The notes: a model not told the origin generated them from the sequence alone. Counted from the stretch's first letter, positions 1-8,941 are shown. The stretch is DNA of 25,546 nucleotides from an uncultured Fibrobacterales bacterium (GCA_963934255.1 CAWVXU010000034.1:1-25546); one strand, 5' to 3'. Numbers and translations: made by a program.

Positions 1-1315
1 TACTTCTAGTCATACCAGGTAGTGCGCCATTAAAGGTGGGGTCCTGGAAATGAATAATTTTTTTCATTTTCAAAATTCTATTATAATCAGTTGTGGGTGT
101 ATTCATAATATCAGTAATGTCATTAATATCACCGGTTTTGGTTTGACCATCACTAAAGAAAAGTAATCCGTTATTTTCCCACTGATCACTCGTGTAAAAA
201 TCATAATACGGAAACAAAGCCTTAACATCCGTATTTTTCAAAAGAGCTGGTAAATACGTGCTTATTTCATCTCCTGCAGGAGTTTTAAATACAAACGGGT
301 TTTCAAGATATTTCTGAGCTGAGTCAATTCCATCCTGTAAATTTTGCTTATCACTCAGTCTAATTTCCTCATTTGAAATGATAAATTGAGAATTTGCTTT
401 AATCTGATTAACTGCATCCTCAAAATTAATTGTTACGAGTTTCAATTCAGGTAAGACGGTAGCAAATCTTGCTTCCCACCCCTCACGAAGAGTTAAAAAT
501 GGACTGCCGATTTTTAATAAACTAATGATGTGATTAATCGAGTTAACTTCTCCACTAGTCAAGTTACCTGCACCCATACGGCTACCTGTTTGAAGATTTA
601 ATCTTTCTAAGAAGTTATATGATTCATTTTTATCAATATCAAAGTCACGTGATAAAACAAGTATCATTTGAACTCGAGTTAATCTTAATCCAGCTAACAA
701 CAAATTAGCTTCACTTGCGCCCACAAAACGTGACTCGTCTGCAATGGTCATTTCCATTTTAAAATCACCGTCCTGAACGACTGATTCAAGATCTTTAATT
801 GCTAAATCAAGTGCTGGTAGCATAACTTCTGATACATCATCTTGAATTTGAGTAAGGATAGGGAATTCTGTATCACTTGCAAAAGCTATTTTTGCCACTG
901 CCAAGGAAACATCACTTTGACCATTTGCGGTCATTTCTAGTGCAGGGTTTTGATCACCTGTCACTTCATTCATCACTTCTTTCATCTGAGGCTCACCGAG
1001 TGCCACCATAAATCCAGTAAGTGCTCGGCCAAACTTCGCTTCATTATCATTTTTATCCGCTTTAATTGCACTATTATAGTGCTCATTTGCTGCCTTAAAG
1101 TCACTAGCATCAAAGTTGGTAATGTCCATATTTTCACCACTTAGGATGCCTTCCATGGCATTGTTTAGAGGCTCTTTAGCTGAAGCTTTTTGAGCTTCTG
1201 CTTGAACAGTATCAGCCGAATATTCATCTTTTGAATCAAAAAAACAAGCACTCGTAAACATGGCTGCACCCAATATTCCTAGCTTAATACATTTGTAATA
1301 TGTTGAGTGTTTCAT
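1..1315 (-). CDS. Hypothetical lipoprotein, 3'-truncated by the window edge (>=438 aa); not in the supplied ORF track
   Basis: Manual translation from ATG at 1315 (GGATG RBS-like upstream) gives MKHSTYYKCIKLGILGAAMFTSAC|FFDSKD, with a basic N-terminus, hydrophobic core and lipobox-like TSAC. A TPR-like segment follows (ANEHYNSAIKADKNDNEAKFGRAL). The same frame reads ...HFQDPTFNGALPGMTRS at the window edge. Confidence 0.85.
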   Translation of the reverse strand, partial: MKHSTYYKCIKLGILGAAMFTSACFFDSKDEYSADTVQAEAQKASAKEPLNNAMEGILSGENMDITNFDASDFKAANEHYNSAIKADKNDNEAKFGRALTGFMVALGEPQMKEVMNEVTGDQNPALEMTANGQSDVSLAVAKIAFASDTEFPILTQIQDDVSEVMLPALDLAIKDLESVVQDGDFKMEMTIADESRFVGASEANLLLAGLRLTRVQMILVLSRDFDIDKNESYNFLERLNLQTGSRMGAGNLTSGEVNSINHIISLLKIGSPFLTLREGWEARFATVLPELKLVTINFEDAVNQIKANSQFIISNEEIRLSDKQNLQDGIDSAQKYLENPFVFKTPAGDEISTYLPALLKNTDVKALFPYYDFYTSDQWENNGLLFFSDGQTKTGDINDITDIMNTPTTDYNRILKMKKIIHFQDPTFNGALPGMTRS

Positions 1316-1535
1316 TTATTCATCCAATCTTTGCCTATCTTACTTGGTATTTATACTTGTTTTACAATTGTAAACTTTATTTAGCAGTCGTATCAAAGGA
1401 AAGTAAAATAGATTTAATGTTAAGTTTAGTGCGAATATATGAATTAACCTTATTTTTACCATACTTTTACTTTTGATACTAAGTGATTTGTAATGTATAT
1501 CACACTTTTGATACGGACTCAATCTAGGGGATTTT

Positions 1536-1757
1536 ATGAAGGGATTTTTGTTTCTTGCAGTGCTTGGAGGTATAGGCTATGCTCTATACACATACTATGG
1601 CCACGATATTTCAATTTTGGATGAAAATAACCCATCTAGTATACACAATGCTCCTCAGATATTTCAAGAAAAGGCTGATAAATTAGAAGAAAAGCTCAAT
1701 AAGCGAGTCGATGAAATGCGTGGTGATATTAATGAGGCCGAAGTTGAAGGATATTAA
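1536..1757 (+). CDS. Small membrane-anchored hypothetical protein (73 aa)
   Basis: AGGGA RBS-like motif upstream. N-terminal hydrophobic helix (FLFLAVLGGIGYALY) followed by a charged coiled-coil-like tail. Fills the gap between its neighbours. Confidence 0.7.
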   Translation: MKGFLFLAVLGGIGYALYTYYGHDISILDENNPSSIHNAPQIFQEKADKLEEKLNKRVDEMRGDINEAEVEGY

Positions 1758-1769
1758 AAACTAAGCCTT

Positions 1770-3074
1770 TTATTTTCTCTTAAACCAATCAATCATCGCA
1801 TCGGTCACTTGAGTTAGATCTTCATAACTCATGTTATAAGCAGGCATGGTATACAGGTAGGGACCTATAGGTCTCAGCCAAACTCCACGATTTCGCGCCC
1901 ACAAAGCTAAGCCTTCTAATCGACTCGCATTATCAACTTCAATTACAGCGCAAGCTCCGAATATAGTTTTTCTAATAATACCATGTTGAGGGTGCTTTGG
2001 ATCTTCATCTACTTTGATTTCTTGTAGATTTTGATTCAGCCAATTTTCAATTTGACATGCATCTTGTAGCCCTTGTTTTTCAATTAATTCTAACGAGGCT
2101 AATGCAATTCTACATGCCAATGCATTACCCATAAAGGTGGGACCATGCATAAAGACGTCATCATTTGAATCACTCACAAATGCATTAAAAACTTTGGTTG
2201 AAGCTAGAGTCGCTGACATCCCTAAATATCCAGCAGTGAGCGCTTTAGAAACAATATTGATATCAGGCGATATATCTGCGTGTTCTGAAGCAAACATTTT
2301 ACCTGTACGCCCGAGCCCAGTTGCCACTTCATCAAGTATTAACAATACATTATACTTATCACACAGTTTTCTTATCTCTTGTAGATACTCAGCAGGATAA
2401 ACATTAAACCCACCATAACCTTGCATCATCGGTTCACATATGAAGGCGGCTAGCTCTCTATGGTGGTTTTCAAACATGAATTGAAGTTCATTTATGGCGG
2501 CCTGCAAAGAATAAGGTTCTGACCCTAGTCGGGGAGGTCTTACAAAAATAGCCGGAATAAGAAGCTCAGGGAAAGCCTTTTGCATCGCATCATCCGGCTC
2601 ACCCACACTCATACACCCGAAGGTATCTCCATGGTAACCGTTTTTAAGACAAGCAAATTTTGTCCGACCAGGTATCTTTAAATTATGCCAATATTGTAAA
2701 GCCATCTTAAGAGCAATTTCAACTCCTACTGACCCTGAATCGGCAAAGAACACATGGTTCAAACCTTCAGGTGAAAGGTCAACTAATCTGTCTGCTAATT
2801 CTTTGGAAAAGGGGTGAGAAAGTCCACCCATCATAATATGTGAAAAGGTGTCTATCTGATCATGAGCCGCTTGATTTAATTCCGGATGATTGTAGCCATG
2901 TATAACACACCACCAAGATGAGATTGCATCAATCAACTCACTTCCATCTTCTAGCGTAAACCTACTTCCACTAGCACTAACCACTTGGCCGGGTAATTCG
3001 ATTTTCCCCATCTGGACATAAGGGAACCAAAGTGAGTTCTCATGACGACTTTGATAAGGCTTAGCTTTCATCAA
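1770..3074 (-). CDS. bioA: Adenosylmethionine-8-amino-7-oxononanoate (DAPA) aminotransferase
   Basis: Class III PLP aminotransferase motifs: LWFPYVQM, DAISSWWCVIHGY, DSGSVGVEIALKMA, GYHGDTFG, DEVATGLGRTG, SKALTAGY (PLP Lys), FMHGPTFMGN. Start overlaps the lipA stop (ATGA). Confidence 0.95.
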   Translation of the reverse strand: MMKAKPYQSRHENSLWFPYVQMGKIELPGQVVSASGSRFTLEDGSELIDAISSWWCVIHGYNHPELNQAAHDQIDTFSHIMMGGLSHPFSKELADRLVDLSPEGLNHVFFADSGSVGVEIALKMALQYWHNLKIPGRTKFACLKNGYHGDTFGCMSVGEPDDAMQKAFPELLIPAIFVRPPRLGSEPYSLQAAINELQFMFENHHRELAAFICEPMMQGYGGFNVYPAEYLQEIRKLCDKYNVLLILDEVATGLGRTGKMFASEHADISPDINIVSKALTAGYLGMSATLASTKVFNAFVSDSNDDVFMHGPTFMGNALACRIALASLELIEKQGLQDACQIENWLNQNLQEIKVDEDPKHPQHGIIRKTIFGACAVIEVDNASRLEGLALWARNRGVWLRPIGPYLYTMPAYNMSYEDLTQVTDAMIDWFKRK

Positions 3075-3937
3075 ACCTTACCTTCGGATTGTTGGCTAGC
3101 GTGATAGCTTGAGCGAACGAGTGGTCCAGATTCAATATTTTGAACCCCTTTGCTTTGAGCATAATTCTTATATGCAACAAATGTTTGGGGATCAACATAT
3201 CTAGTCACTGCCAGATGCTTCTTGGTAGGTTGGAGATATTGACCGATTGAGATAATATCAACATTAATCTCCACCATCTGATCAATCCATTCATAGATCT
3301 CTTCATCTGTTTCACCTAGCCCGACCATCAAGCCTGTTTTGGTGACAAAACCTTGGGCTTTGGCGTGACGAAGCACAGTAATTGAATCATGCCAATTGGC
3401 CATCCTGCGGACTGATTTTTGTAAGCGAGTGACCGTCTCCATGTTGTGATTAAAAACATCTGGCTTTGCTTCAAGTACCGCATCCAAAATCGACGTATTT
3501 CCACGAAAATCCGGTGTCAAAACTTCTACTTTTACATGCGGCGCCAAAGAACGAATCGCTTTGATTGTTTCAAACCAAACTTGAGAACCCTGGTCATCTA
3601 ATTCGTCTCGATTGACCGAGGTGATGGTCAGATACTTGAGGCCAGGCATATTAGCAACTGATTCAGCCACACGAGCAGGTTCTTCTAGATCATAGAAGCC
3701 TGGTCGACCCGTTTTGACATTACAAAAACCACAAGCTCGTGTACAGGTATCACCAAGAATCATGATTGTAGCTACACCTGCCGACCAGCACTCGCCGATA
3801 TTTGGGCATTTAGCTTCTTCACACACAGTGTGGAGATTATTGTAGCGTAAATTCTCTTTGATTTTAGAGTACTCTTTGCCACCAGGTATCTTGATTTTGA
3901 GCCACTCGGGCTTGCGGAGGTAAGTTTTATCAGCCAT
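3071..3937 (-). CDS. lipA: Lipoyl synthase (radical SAM)
   Basis: KPEWLK; CEEAKCPNIGEC auxiliary cluster motif; CTRACGFC radical-SAM motif; HNMETV; GQYLQP; C-terminal PLVRSSYHA. Confidence 0.97.
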   Translation of the reverse strand: MADKTYLRKPEWLKIKIPGGKEYSKIKENLRYNNLHTVCEEAKCPNIGECWSAGVATIMILGDTCTRACGFCNVKTGRPGFYDLEEPARVAESVANMPGLKYLTITSVNRDELDDQGSQVWFETIKAIRSLAPHVKVEVLTPDFRGNTSILDAVLEAKPDVFNHNMETVTRLQKSVRRMANWHDSITVLRHAKAQGFVTKTGLMVGLGETDEEIYEWIDQMVEINVDIISIGQYLQPTKKHLAVTRYVDPQTFVAYKNYAQSKGVQNIESGPLVRSSYHASQQSEGKV

Positions 3938-3959
3938 GATCTAAAGATAGAAAATTCAC

Positions 3960-5483
3960 TCATTTATTCTTGATAAAATACGCTTCATATAAACCCATGT
4001 TTTTCATCTCAACTAGGCCGCGACCTTCACAAATAAACTCTTCACTTACGAGCTTAAACGTTTCTTGGGATATATTGACTTTATTAATTTCACCATGAGC
4101 TTCCATGCGAGAGGCAAGATTGACTGTGTCACCCCAAATATCGTAGTTAAACTTCTGTTTGCCTATCACTCCAGCAATAACAGGACCCGAATGTAAGCCA
4201 ATGCGAATATCCCAGGGGTCATCATAATGATATTTTTGATTAAGCTCTTGTGTCTTTGCTAAAATTTCTAAAGCAGCTAGGCAGGCTCGCTTGGCATGCT
4301 GGTCAGTCTTATTAAGGACGCCTGAAACGCACATATAAGAATCTCCCACTGTTTTTAACTTCTCTACTTGATATTTTTCACAAATAGTATCATATGCTGA
4401 GAAGTATATATCTAATCGATCAATGACCTGACGAGGAGTTAAACTCAAAGTTGATTTCGAAAAGCCACTATAGTCAGTAAACATCACTGTGGCATGTGGA
4501 TGATTAATAGGCTCAACACTACCTTTTTCTTTTAAGTCATCCACTGCTTTGGTCGGCATGATATTATAGAGTATTGCATCTGTTTTTTCTTGTTCTAGGA
4601 TAAGATCCTCGCGTATGAGACGCAACTTATTTAATAAATGGTGTAAATAGCTAATCACCCATGGGGAGACTACCATAGGACACAGAGTACTGAAAATAAT
4701 TTCTGATATTCTAATTTCCATCCTAAAATATTGGTAGCCCGAATACATAATAAATTGTGTCATAAAGACTGTCATCAAACTAGCGATGGTCACCTTGAGG
4801 AAAGTTTTATTATCAGAGAAAAGGTAAATGCTACCCATAAAACAACAAAGCGCAATCATCAGTAGAATCAGTGAGGTATATTTAAATTTTGGTATCAAAC
4901 GCATTTGAGAAAACTCAATAGTATTGACTCCAAATTCCGGAGCGCCAACTGTCCAAGACACCAAACAAACATTGTCTAAATACTTTTCTCGATCGTGGTG
5001 TTTAATCTTTTGTTCGGCTCGAGCCCAAATAGGGATAGTCATTTCTTTTATTGGGATGATCACTTTATTGTCACCCATTTTTAATCTGGCCTTGTATCGT
5101 AAAAATCTAAAACTATTGGTTTCACTATAGTTTGATCTGCCAGGGTCTCTCGTTTGTAAGTCGAGCGAAATATCAGTCGCTCTTAAGGTGTTAAATGTGT
5201 ATGAAATCGCTCTATATTCAATCCAATTGAGACAGGTCTGTAAATTTTTTGAGAGCCTAAATCCATTTCCAACATATCCATCTTCTAGAAGATGGCCTAT
5301 CTGGTATTCTGAGCGGAATAAATTACCGGCTTTAATGAGCTTTATTTCAGAATCTCCGCCATCGTCACTATCTGTGAATTCAATGGCCGAAACAAAACTG
5401 TTGAAGTCTACATCAACAGGTCTTTGTAAAAAGAATGTGAGCCCCACGAGAAAAGCTGATATAAGTAAAAGAATGTATCTCAA
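3960..5483 (-). CDS. Membrane-bound class III adenylate cyclase with extracytoplasmic sensor domain
   Basis: TTG start with AAGGAG RBS. N-terminal TM, ~180-aa soluble domain, three further hydrophobic helices, then a cyclase domain with MFTDYSGF, KTVGDSYM, RIGLHSGPVIAGVIG and YDIWGDTVNLASRME. The Lys/Asp pair is the ATP-specific type. Confidence 0.9.
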   Translation of the reverse strand: MRYILLLISAFLVGLTFFLQRPVDVDFNSFVSAIEFTDSDDGGDSEIKLIKAGNLFRSEYQIGHLLEDGYVGNGFRLSKNLQTCLNWIEYRAISYTFNTLRATDISLDLQTRDPGRSNYSETNSFRFLRYKARLKMGDNKVIIPIKEMTIPIWARAEQKIKHHDREKYLDNVCLVSWTVGAPEFGVNTIEFSQMRLIPKFKYTSLILLMIALCCFMGSIYLFSDNKTFLKVTIASLMTVFMTQFIMYSGYQYFRMEIRISEIIFSTLCPMVVSPWVISYLHHLLNKLRLIREDLILEQEKTDAILYNIMPTKAVDDLKEKGSVEPINHPHATVMFTDYSGFSKSTLSLTPRQVIDRLDIYFSAYDTICEKYQVEKLKTVGDSYMCVSGVLNKTDQHAKRACLAALEILAKTQELNQKYHYDDPWDIRIGLHSGPVIAGVIGKQKFNYDIWGDTVNLASRMEAHGEINKVNISQETFKLVSEEFICEGRGLVEMKNMGLYEAYFIKNK

Positions 5484-5597
5484 GTCTGCTCCTTATTTGA
5501 GTTATAGGCTTAGGGGTCTGTGAGGTGCTTAGATTGGTAATTCATGAATAAAAGTATATTCACATCAATTATTTTAAGGGTATTCTTTTTAATTAAT

Positions 5598-5628
5598 AAA
5601 AAAGACCCATGAGGATTCTCATGGGCCT
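5598..5628 (-). terminator. Rho-independent terminator downstream of the FISUMP-like remnant
   Basis: Minus strand reads AGGCCCATGAG-AATC-CTCATGGGTCT followed by a T-tract. Confidence 0.75.
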
Positions 5629-5677
5629 AGTTCTTTATAAGACTAGATTTGATTTGTCTTTATGTTTTAATGTAGCT

Positions 5678-5968
5678 CTAGTCTTGAATACAGCGAACTG
5701 CCACCTCTCCCAAAGGACTGTAAGCATAATTTATTGGATGTCCACCGGCTATTGCATTAAATCCACAAGAATCCAAGCCATCATTACGAGCCCATTTATA
5801 AGTAGGAATACTAGCATTTTGACCCATCAGGTGCTGGCCAAGTTCATACCAAATATCCCTACTTTGGTATGATTAACTGATCATCACAGTATGGTAAATT
5901 AATCATACTAACATAGTAGCAGTCAAGACTGTGAGCCCTAGCTTTACTAAAGTTGGGTTAAACTTCAT
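5678..5968 (-). pseudogene. Decayed Fib_succ_major (FISUMP)-domain secreted protein/lipoprotein
   Basis: ATG at 5968 gives the signal-peptide-like MKFNPTLVKLGLTVLTATMLV, then TGA (5905-5903). Removing one base from the T-run at 5863-5865 gives IPSRDIWYELGQHLMGQNASIPTYKWARNDGLDSCGFNAIAGG...AVRCIQD*. This matches the FISUMP pattern (hPs..EW..L / W...G.D..GF.A..GG / VRC.kD-stop). Confidence 0.7.
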
Positions 5969-6220
5969 TTTATAAACTCTTTTCAATTAATTATCATGCT
6001 ACTGGGTATGCATAATGAAAATAAACCAATGTAAAGGTTTATTTACAAAAAAGGCTCACAAGATATCTAATACGATCTTTTTTGAGTTCAAAACTATACG
6101 ACTTATGCAATATTACTGGTTCTTCAAATCCAATTTTGGTCAACTCATGCCAATCTCCCCAATGCTTTACTAATTTTAATCCAAACAAAAAAATATTCAC
6201 TCTTTAATCAAGGAAATCTC

Positions 6221-6775
6221 ATGGCTTCAGAACTACAAACAGCACTACCGGCTCCCGGCGACACAATCGCTATTATCAAGACATCAATGGGCGAAATGAA
6301 AGCTAAATTTTTTGAAACTGAAGTTCCAGAAGGTTCTAAAAACTTTATTGAGCTTGCCAAACAAGGCAAATACACAAAAGTTCCATTTCACCGTGTCATT
6401 GAAGGATTTGTTATTCAAGGTGGAGACTTTACTGCTTTTAACGGTACTGGCGGACATTCTCACAAGGGTGAAGGCACCAATATTGGTGATGAATACAATG
6501 ACGACTTAACTCATATTCGTGGCGCTCTTTCTTGGGCCAAGACTGCTGCTCCAAACTCTATTGGTTCACAATTTTTTATCGTACATCCAGAGGGTGGTGC
6601 CCACTTCCTAGATCATCCTAAAGATGGTGGATCATCTGAAGGCTATACCGTTTTTGGCCAAGTTTATGAAGGTCATGATATTATTGACGCTATTATTGCT
6701 GCTCCAACGGATCGTAATGACTGCCCTTATGACGAAATAACTTTAATTGAAGTAGAAATCACTACCGCTGACTAA
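6221..6775 (+). CDS. Cyclophilin-type peptidyl-prolyl cis-trans isomerase
   Basis: FHRVIEGFVIQGGD, GTGG, HIRGALSWA, GSQFFI, YTVFGQV; AAGGA RBS. Confidence 0.95.
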   Translation: MASELQTALPAPGDTIAIIKTSMGEMKAKFFETEVPEGSKNFIELAKQGKYTKVPFHRVIEGFVIQGGDFTAFNGTGGHSHKGEGTNIGDEYNDDLTHIRGALSWAKTAAPNSIGSQFFIVHPEGGAHFLDHPKDGGSSEGYTVFGQVYEGHDIIDAIIAAPTDRNDCPYDEITLIEVEITTAD

Positions 6776-6824
6776 TTGGGTATTTCATTAGTTAAGTAGC
6801 TTGATAGGGTTGTTTAAAAGTTAT

Positions 6825-6853
6825 AAGCCTTACTCGCCTGAGTAAGGCTTTAG
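6825..6853 (+). terminator. Probable intrinsic terminator after the cyclophilin gene
   Basis: Perfect 11-bp stem AAGCCTTACTC-GCCT-GAGTAAGGCTT; the T-tail is short. Confidence 0.65.
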
Positions 6854-6893
6854 TTATACCCCAATCTTAATATACCTGATACGGGAGATATAT

Positions 6894-8039
6894 ATGCAAA
6901 ATTTAACGATAAAATTCTTAGGGATTTTAGCCTTTACGTTTTGTTCTTTAGCATGGACCCAAGATTCAGGCCCAATGGTAGATTCAGACAAACTTGTTGA
7001 ACCCACTAAAGACCAACAACGCTGGGGCGCGCTTCCGGCTGCTGCCTTAAAAACAGAGACAGGTCTTCAACTCGGTGGATTGTTAATTTATTATTTACCC
7101 AAACAAAATTCGACTGACAATGGTTCTTCGATCACTAGTGCAGCACTTTATAGCGCCAAACATCAAGCCCGCATTGTCTCATCACCTACTATCTATTTTG
7201 ACAACAACAAACAGAACTATCAAGGCTCTATTGACTTCAAGCTCTGGCCGAGCCGGTTTTATGGTATTGGTTCTGAACCTGAATTTTTGGATATTCCTGA
7301 CCAAGAAGAAGAGGGTATTCTTTATAAATCCACCAATATAAGCATCGACAACAACTACTCAAGAAGTCCAGATGGCAAATTTTGGTATGGAGTTGGACAT
7401 AAATACAAGTATGAGGCTCTCACTTGGGATGAGCAAGAACAGATTCTTGATTCTACCAACACCACCAAAAAAACCGGCTTTCTCGGTGGAGTAGAATCCG
7501 GCTTTGGCGTAGTCTTTAGTTATGACACACGAGACAATATTAATTCCGCCCGCAAAGGCTATTTCGCTCAAATTTCCAACTATACCTATAAACCCGCTTT
7601 TGGCTCGGACTTTGAATATACCCACTCTCAACTTGATCTTCGCTATTTCTTGAACCTCCCTGGTAAGCGGGTAATAGCCGTTCGAGCTCTACAAGCGATC
7701 CAAAATGGTGACATCCCTATTCAAAACCTGGCCTCTACTGATGGAATACATGAACTACGTGGAGTGTCGGAAGGCTACTATCATGACAAACAACTCTCAG
7801 CTTATCAGATTGAATATCGTGGGACTCCTATGCCTTGGAAATTTGGTTATAGAGTTTTTGCTGATGCTGGACAAGTGAGATCAGACTTCAATGAGTGGGA
7901 CTCTAAAGCATTTAAAGTCACCTATGGCTTCGGGATTCGTTGGGCTTTAAATCCCGAAAGACGATATAATGTCCGTATAGATTTACCTATCGTTGATGGC
8001 GCATTATCTCCTGTGATTCAGATCAAAGAGGCGTTTTAA
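6894..8039 (+). CDS. Omp85/BamA-TamA-like outer-membrane barrel without POTRA domains
   Basis: Signal peptide; ETGLQLG, YDTRDNINSARKG, LRG (ELRGVSEGYYHD), FADAGQV, GFGIRW, VRID; C-terminal IKEAF aromatic beta-signal; GGAG RBS. Confidence 0.85.
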   Translation: MQNLTIKFLGILAFTFCSLAWTQDSGPMVDSDKLVEPTKDQQRWGALPAAALKTETGLQLGGLLIYYLPKQNSTDNGSSITSAALYSAKHQARIVSSPTIYFDNNKQNYQGSIDFKLWPSRFYGIGSEPEFLDIPDQEEEGILYKSTNISIDNNYSRSPDGKFWYGVGHKYKYEALTWDEQEQILDSTNTTKKTGFLGGVESGFGVVFSYDTRDNINSARKGYFAQISNYTYKPAFGSDFEYTHSQLDLRYFLNLPGKRVIAVRALQAIQNGDIPIQNLASTDGIHELRGVSEGYYHDKQLSAYQIEYRGTPMPWKFGYRVFADAGQVRSDFNEWDSKAFKVTYGFGIRWALNPERRYNVRIDLPIVDGALSPVIQIKEAF

Positions 8040-8172
8040 TCTTCAGATAAATATCACAACTTGGGTGTGATGGCTTGAAACCAAACTCACTTTTTTCATT
8101 TTTTACTACATAAATGTAAACTTTTATGTTATGTTTAATGTAAACAACATTGTAAATAACATTGGAGATATC

Positions 8173-8868
8173 ATGAAACATCTATTGCTTTGCCTTTTGT
8201 TACCGCTCACTGCTTTTGCTCAATTCGACTTTAGCGCCGACCTTGTTTCCCGCTACGTATGGCGCGGTTTGGACTTTGGCCAATCACCCGCATTCCAACC
8301 AGATATCAATTTTGAGAAATCTGGCGTTAGCTTTGGAGCTTGGGGCTCATACGCGCTCGATGCTTCTCCTTCAGCCCAAGCCGGGAACGAGCTTGATTTC
8401 TACATAGGGTATTCTGAAGAAATTATGGACGGCCACTCAATTGGCGCTACAGTTATTGACTATACTTTCCCTGTTAGTGGGGCCAATAGCGATGGTAGTA
8501 ATCAATATACTGACATTACTGACTTCTCTGAAGGCGGATCACATACTATAGAAGTGTCTGCATTTTATGAAGGGATGGTTAATTTAGCTTACGCCATAAA
8601 TGTTTATAATGATGACTACGCAACCAACTATCTTCGTCTAGGCTACCCAATCACTTCTACCTCAGCTACAGATTTAGAGGTATTTGTTGGAGGTACTTTA
8701 AATGAATCACCAGCTTATGGGACAACTGGAGCCGCAGTGACTGAAGTAGGATTAGGCATGTCTAAGGACGTCAAAATCAACGACCAACTCTCATTGGGAA
8801 CTAGTGCAACACTTGTATTTAACCCCGTGACTGACCAAGGACATTTCTTTGTCGGAGTTGGATTCTAA
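8173..8868 (+). CDS. TorF/Gcw_chp-like putative porin
   Basis: Start re-called at 8173 (GGAG RBS, MKHLLLCLLLPLTAFA|Q signal peptide). ADLVSRYVWRG, PAFQP, GAWGS, ELDFYIGY motifs; C-terminal Phe. Confidence 0.8.
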   Translation: MKHLLLCLLLPLTAFAQFDFSADLVSRYVWRGLDFGQSPAFQPDINFEKSGVSFGAWGSYALDASPSAQAGNELDFYIGYSEEIMDGHSIGATVIDYTFPVSGANSDGSNQYTDITDFSEGGSHTIEVSAFYEGMVNLAYAINVYNDDYATNYLRLGYPITSTSATDLEVFVGGTLNESPAYGTTGAAVTEVGLGMSKDVKINDQLSLGTSATLVFNPVTDQGHFFVGVGF

Positions 8869-8898
8869 ACAATCCGAAGACCACTACTTTTAATGATT

Positions 8899-8941
8899 GA
8901 CAACAAGAGCCACTTCTCATTGAGGAGTGGCTCTTGTTGTC
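8899..8941. terminator. Long hairpin between convergent genes, probably a bidirectional terminator
   Basis: GACAACAAGAGCCACTTCTC-ATT-GAGGAGTGGCTCTTGTTGTC: 20-bp stem with one G.U pair, lying between the porin stop (8868) and the pyrF stop (8950). Confidence 0.75.

Noticed and set aside
950..1522. Short ORFs 950..1144 (+) and 1340..1522 (-)
   Set aside because: The first is antisense to the lipoprotein. The second spans an AT-rich divergent promoter region with no RBS or recognisable motif.
5609..5872. 87-aa + strand ORF
   Set aside because: It starts inside a terminator hairpin and lies antisense to the FISUMP-like remnant, which explains the region better.
5678..5968. Diversity-generating retroelement
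   Set aside because: No reverse transcriptase, accessory gene or second near-identical repeat was seen in the window.
8066..8104. Possible terminator after the Omp85-like gene
   Set aside because: T-tracts are present but the stem (GTGA-TGG/CCA-TCAC) is short and bulged, too weak to call.
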